Below, piece by piece: positions 60,614-64,000 of a DNA stretch of 64,000 nucleotides. This stretch comes from Trichodelitschia bisporula (Eukaryota): assembly GCA_010356995.1 (NCBI GenBank), contig ML996705.1, positions 124,001-188,000 on the forward strand, in the 5' to 3' direction. Within the stretch, counting starts at the first letter, position 1. Each line of letters starts with the position of its first letter. The notes under the pieces were generated by a model that ran no database searches, was not told the DNA's origin, and saw only the letters and a list, made by a program, of their open reading frames with translations. Position numbers and translations under genes: made by a program.

Positions 60614-63600
60614 CTACCGCTGACACCACGCCCGATGCGAATCCCTCAGTATCTGGAGCACGAGCTTCTGGCCGTCACTCGTCTGACACGCACACTGCAG
60701 CGTCCTTCCATCCCTAAAATCCATAATAATACCTAGAATAGCCCACCAGATTAGCCCCGCTCCCCCACTCACACCCCAGGAACAGAAAAAACACTCACTA
60801 TTCGGCATCTCCTGCCTCTCCAAATCCGGCACAAACGGCGCATTGAACTCGTTGAGGTGATACCGCTTCGTCACGCCATTGGCGCGCTGCAGAATGCACC
60901 ATTAGCAATCCACACTCCCCCAAATCACACCCCCTCAAAACAAAGGGATAGGAAAAGAGACATACCTCATTCCCCCCATAAGGCCTGAGCATCAAAAACC
61001 CCTGCCCATCCACCTCCACCCACCTCCTCTTCCAAAGCAACGTATCCGGAAACTGCACATCCACATCCCCGACATCCGTCGCCGGCGGCCGCTGCGGACT
61101 CAGCGCCTCTTCGGCGGGTTCACTCTCCTCCTCCTTAACCGCATTCGGACTCAACGGGCCCAGCGGCAGTCTGCTCACCGACGCAATACTCGAACTCATG
61201 CGCTTCATCAACCGACTCGCCCGGCTGACCTTCTTCCCCGCCCCCGTACCCGACTCCCCACTCGCCGCCGTATCCAGGCTGCTATTACTCATACTCCGCG
61301 GCAAACCATGCGCACTCGGACTCTTACTCTCACTCCTCCGCCGCGCCAGACTGCGCCAACTACTCTCAAGCGACGCCCGCGGCGCCACCTCCCGTCCATC
61401 CGGACTCTGTGGAAGCGCAAGGCTCGTCGTACTCGCGCTCTTCATGCTCAGCCGCGAAATAGAGCTCTTCGTGCGGTGATGAATGCCCTTCTCCGCCCCC
61501 GGCAGCGCAGGCCCCGGACTCGGCGCGCGGCGGCGGTTAATCGTCAACGGACTCTCATGCAACGCAATCGGCGCAGGATCGACCGGCGGCGCAAGCGCAG
61601 GCTTCTTGTCCTTGTCCGTGCGGACAATCGTTGCGGTCACGCTGATGGACTCCATCTTCGGCAGGCGATTATAGCTGCTAATCCTGTTGATAATACTCCT
61701 CGACTCCGCCCTCGGCGCATCCCTCGCCGTCATCTTCGGACTCGCACTCGTCTCCCGACTCGGACTCAACGTCTCACGTGAACTAAAACTCGTGCGACTG
61801 AAACTGCGCGCCCGCAACCCCGGCACTATACCATTCGAGCTGCTCCGCGGCGGGGTGGTAGTCGCCAACGCCGTAGTCCGCGCGGAAACGAGGTTCGACT
61901 TTCCGCCTGTCGGGGAAGGGGCGAGGCTGACAACGGAGCCGCGACTAAAGCTCCGCTGCAAATCGGCGATTTTGGCTGCGATCCCGCCGTTGGGCTTGAC
62001 GCGCTTGCTGACGGTTATGTTCCCGTCTTCGGGCGGGACGACGGTGAGGCGCGCGGGGAAGCGCCCACTGCGGGCGCTGGGTGTGGGGGAGGGGGGGCGC
62101 ATTGTGTCCCCGAGGCGGGCCGGGGTAGTGGGGCGCGAGGAAGAGGATTGCGGCCTGTCCGTGGGGAGCATGCTGCCGTTGTGGGCGCTGGTGCGGCGGG
62201 GAAAGAAAGGCGTGATTGGGGATTTGGACACGGACATTGATTTCGCTTCGTGCACTTCGGCGGCGTGGAGTTCGTCGAGGAGGTCGTCGTCGTAGTCGGC
62301 GTCGGCGTCGGCGTCGGAGTGCGAGTCGATTAGCTCGAGAGGGGCGACGAGCGCGGTGCGTTTTTCTTTTTCGTCGGGGTGGGATGGGGAGGGGTTTGCG
62401 GGGGGCTCGATGATGCTGACGGAGGAGGAGTTGGGGAGGTCGAAGACGGTGATTGTGTCGCCGGTGGGGGTGCTGGTGGTGCTGTGGTTGGTGGCGGGGT
62501 TGGTGGCGCTGGAGCCGTTGGTGATGGTCGTGAGGCTCTCGGCGGCGGTGGGTGATGCGCAATTTGCGTCCTTCGCGTTGGTGTCTTTTGTTGGCTCGCC
62601 GTCCGCCGCGGCGCTGGGAGTCGTTTCCGTGCTCGCTTTGGGAACCGTTTCCGTGGCACCGTGGACGCCATTGACCTCCTCCTCCTCCACCCCATTAACA
62701 GGCTCATGGATCTTGACCTCAACAACCGTACTCGGCGTCGCCGGATCAGCAATGCTCTCCTCATCAGTACTCGCCATATTATCAGGCATGCTAGCTTCAG
62801 AAACAGAATGCGGGTGTGAAGCCGTTGTAATCTCTGCAATTCCGCCGTTGAAACCCACTTCCCCGTTTGCTCCCTTAAACCCGTTTGTCGCACCGTCAGT
62901 CGCCTCACTCGCCACGCCCTCCCCGCGAAGGGACTTGGGTAGCGCCTCGGCAGACCCCTCCGTCTCCACTTTATCCTCATCATCATCCAACCCCACGCCC
63001 GAATCCGTATTATCGTCCGCCAGGCGCTCGGGCTCGGGGTCCGGGTCCACGATTTCTGGCACCGGGGTTACGGGCTTCTTCTTCGCCAGGGCTTCGCGCT
63101 GCTTGTACATTTCGCGGAACTTCATCAGGCGTGCTTTTTCGGGCGTCATGCCGGGCGACTTTGGCAGTGTTGCAGGCAGCGATTTGACGCTCTGCGAGGA
63201 CGAACCGGGGCGCGGACCGAAGGTGGGTGATTCGGGGATGGGTGGTGGGGGCGGGAAGTGCGAGCGGATGGTCATGCTGGAGTCGCGCGACTCGGGGCGC
63301 GAGGGAGATAACTTCGGGGGACGCGAGGCGCGCAGTCTCGCCGGCAAAGTAGCAACGGGACGCGATTCAGAATTATTCGATTGACCGGGACGCTCGATAG
63401 ATGGCCTAGGCCCAAGTTTGACTTTAGGCTTGTAGAAGTTGTAAAGGTCGCCGGTGCTGGGACGCGCGCTTTGCGAGGATATGCGGCGGGTGGAGTCGAA
63501 GTAGTAGTCGTTGGTGGTGTTGATGGAGGCGGCGTAGTCGGCGGAGAGGCCGGGGGCTAGGGTGGGGATGTTGCCGTTCATGACGGACATTTGCGAGGCG

Positions 63601-64000
63601 GAGGTCTTGGGGCGTGGCGCGACTAGTGCTTCCGGACTTGATGGTGTGGGTGTGGGGGGTGTTGGGGTGGTTTCGGACGGTTTGGAGGTTGACGTTGAGT
63701 CGTCCCGTTTGTGTATGGTTGCTGCTGGCGCTGCGGCCGCGGTTGTCGTCGCTACTTCCTCTGCGTCCTCGATGATGCCGTCCAAGGCCGGCTTCTTGCC
63801 CGAACTCGACGACGAGCGGCTCGAGTGCAGTTCAATGTGCGCCGTCAGCCCAGATTCGTTCAATTGGGCGGTGGCAGTTGGCTCAAAGACCGTTTCGTGG
63901 TTGGGAAAGCGAGCGACGACAGACGTCCAATGTACCTGAACACGAGCTGGGACAAGTTAGCTACGGAACATTCAAGAACTCGACGTAAGGAACGCAAGGG
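60614..64000 (-). CDS. Large conserved fungal Ser/Pro-rich protein with a C-terminal PH-like domain; 5' end outside the window
   Basis: ORF of more than 1000 aa. C-terminal DVQFPDTLLWKRRWVEVD continues through short introns to KRYHLNEF..PDLERQEMPNS..TLQCAC..HRAWCQR*. Splice acceptor near 63936. Confidence 0.75.

Overview
GC-rich, intron-containing genomic DNA from a filamentous ascomycete (short introns with GTRAGT/GTAYGT donors, CTRAC-type branch points and YAG acceptors), with one 150-nt assembly gap. Conserved genes: RAD5 (starts upstream of the window), a secreted Cys-rich protein, an M6-family metalloprotease, an SMP-30/gluconolactonase, PUS4, a GGPP synthase, the SIN component Cdc14, transketolase, a C2H2/fungal-specific transcription factor, VAC8, BMT6 and the 3' part of a large conserved fungal protein. 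Two accessory islands lie between these genes and are the most interesting part. (1) About 13.2-21.3 kb: seven paralogous micro-genes of roughly 55-75 aa. They share an MGSxLSCF N-terminus (predicted N-myristoylation plus palmitoylation), a conserved DGDDLSIEFPKKSDLVKHVDSETNE block, a variable 8-residue segment, an Arg-rich tail and a conserved intron position; some copies are pseudogenised. They are accompanied by an ~85-110 bp imperfect palindromic element found both in tandem and dispersed. (2) About 39.7-52 kb: a tandem family of fast-diverging small coiled-coil ORFs with conserved flanks, MGxxxS starts in some copies and NES-like motifs, followed by orphan repeat and Zn-binding ORFs. All functional calls for the islands are inferences from sequence alone; no database search was run.
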